Shown here: in pieces, positions 63,923 to 64,000 of the stretch
How the letters are laid out: every line of letters starts with the position of its first letter
Position numbering within the stretch: the first letter of the stretch is position 1
Assembly (NCBI GenBank): GCA_030704615.1
Contig: CM060732.1
Span: forward strand, 37,758,001 to 37,822,000
Direction of reading: 5' to 3'
Source: Takakia lepidozioides
Lineage: Eukaryota > Plantae > Bryophyta
Length of the DNA stretch: 64,000 bases
Made by a program: the position numbers and the translations under genes
Notes under the pieces: model-generated
Told to the model about the DNA's origin: nothing
The model's database searches: none
Seen by the model: only the letters and a program-made list of their open reading frames with translations

Positions 63923-64000
63923 TTTTATACACTGGAAACAGCAGACCCATTAACAACACCAATGGTCGATTGAAGTCCTTCCAAAGGGTCCAAAGTTCAC

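Overview
Intron-rich eukaryotic DNA from a non-seed land plant (bryophyte-like; inferred from gene content and TE families). The left side holds a BTB/POZ gene with an 82-bp tandem array, and a head-to-head pair of UFL1 (minus, 5171-15075) and LEO1/VIP4 (plus, 15598-22713). The middle (~23.7-49.5 kb) is a nested transposon cluster. It contains a degraded Mutator-like transposase and a chromodomain Ty3/Gypsy element split in two. Inside the split sits a second Ty3/Gypsy element whose pol region encodes a DNMT3-like C5 cytosine methyltransferase between protease and RT, plus a PHD finger after the integrase. A CACTA-like end with captured OSB/SKIP31/PPR fragments and a long-TIR non-autonomous element follow. 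The right side holds the U-box/ARM/WD40 E3 ligase LIN/CERBERUS (plus, from 52899, running off the window), divergent from an intact 257-aa paralog that contains only the LIN N-terminal domain. The main findings are the methyltransferase-plus-PHD retrotransposon (this copy is defective), the LIN-N-only paralog, and a tail-less non-LTR family whose 5'-truncated copies have 14-15 bp TSDs at TC/GA-rich targets. All protein assignments come from motif recognition by eye; no database searches were run.
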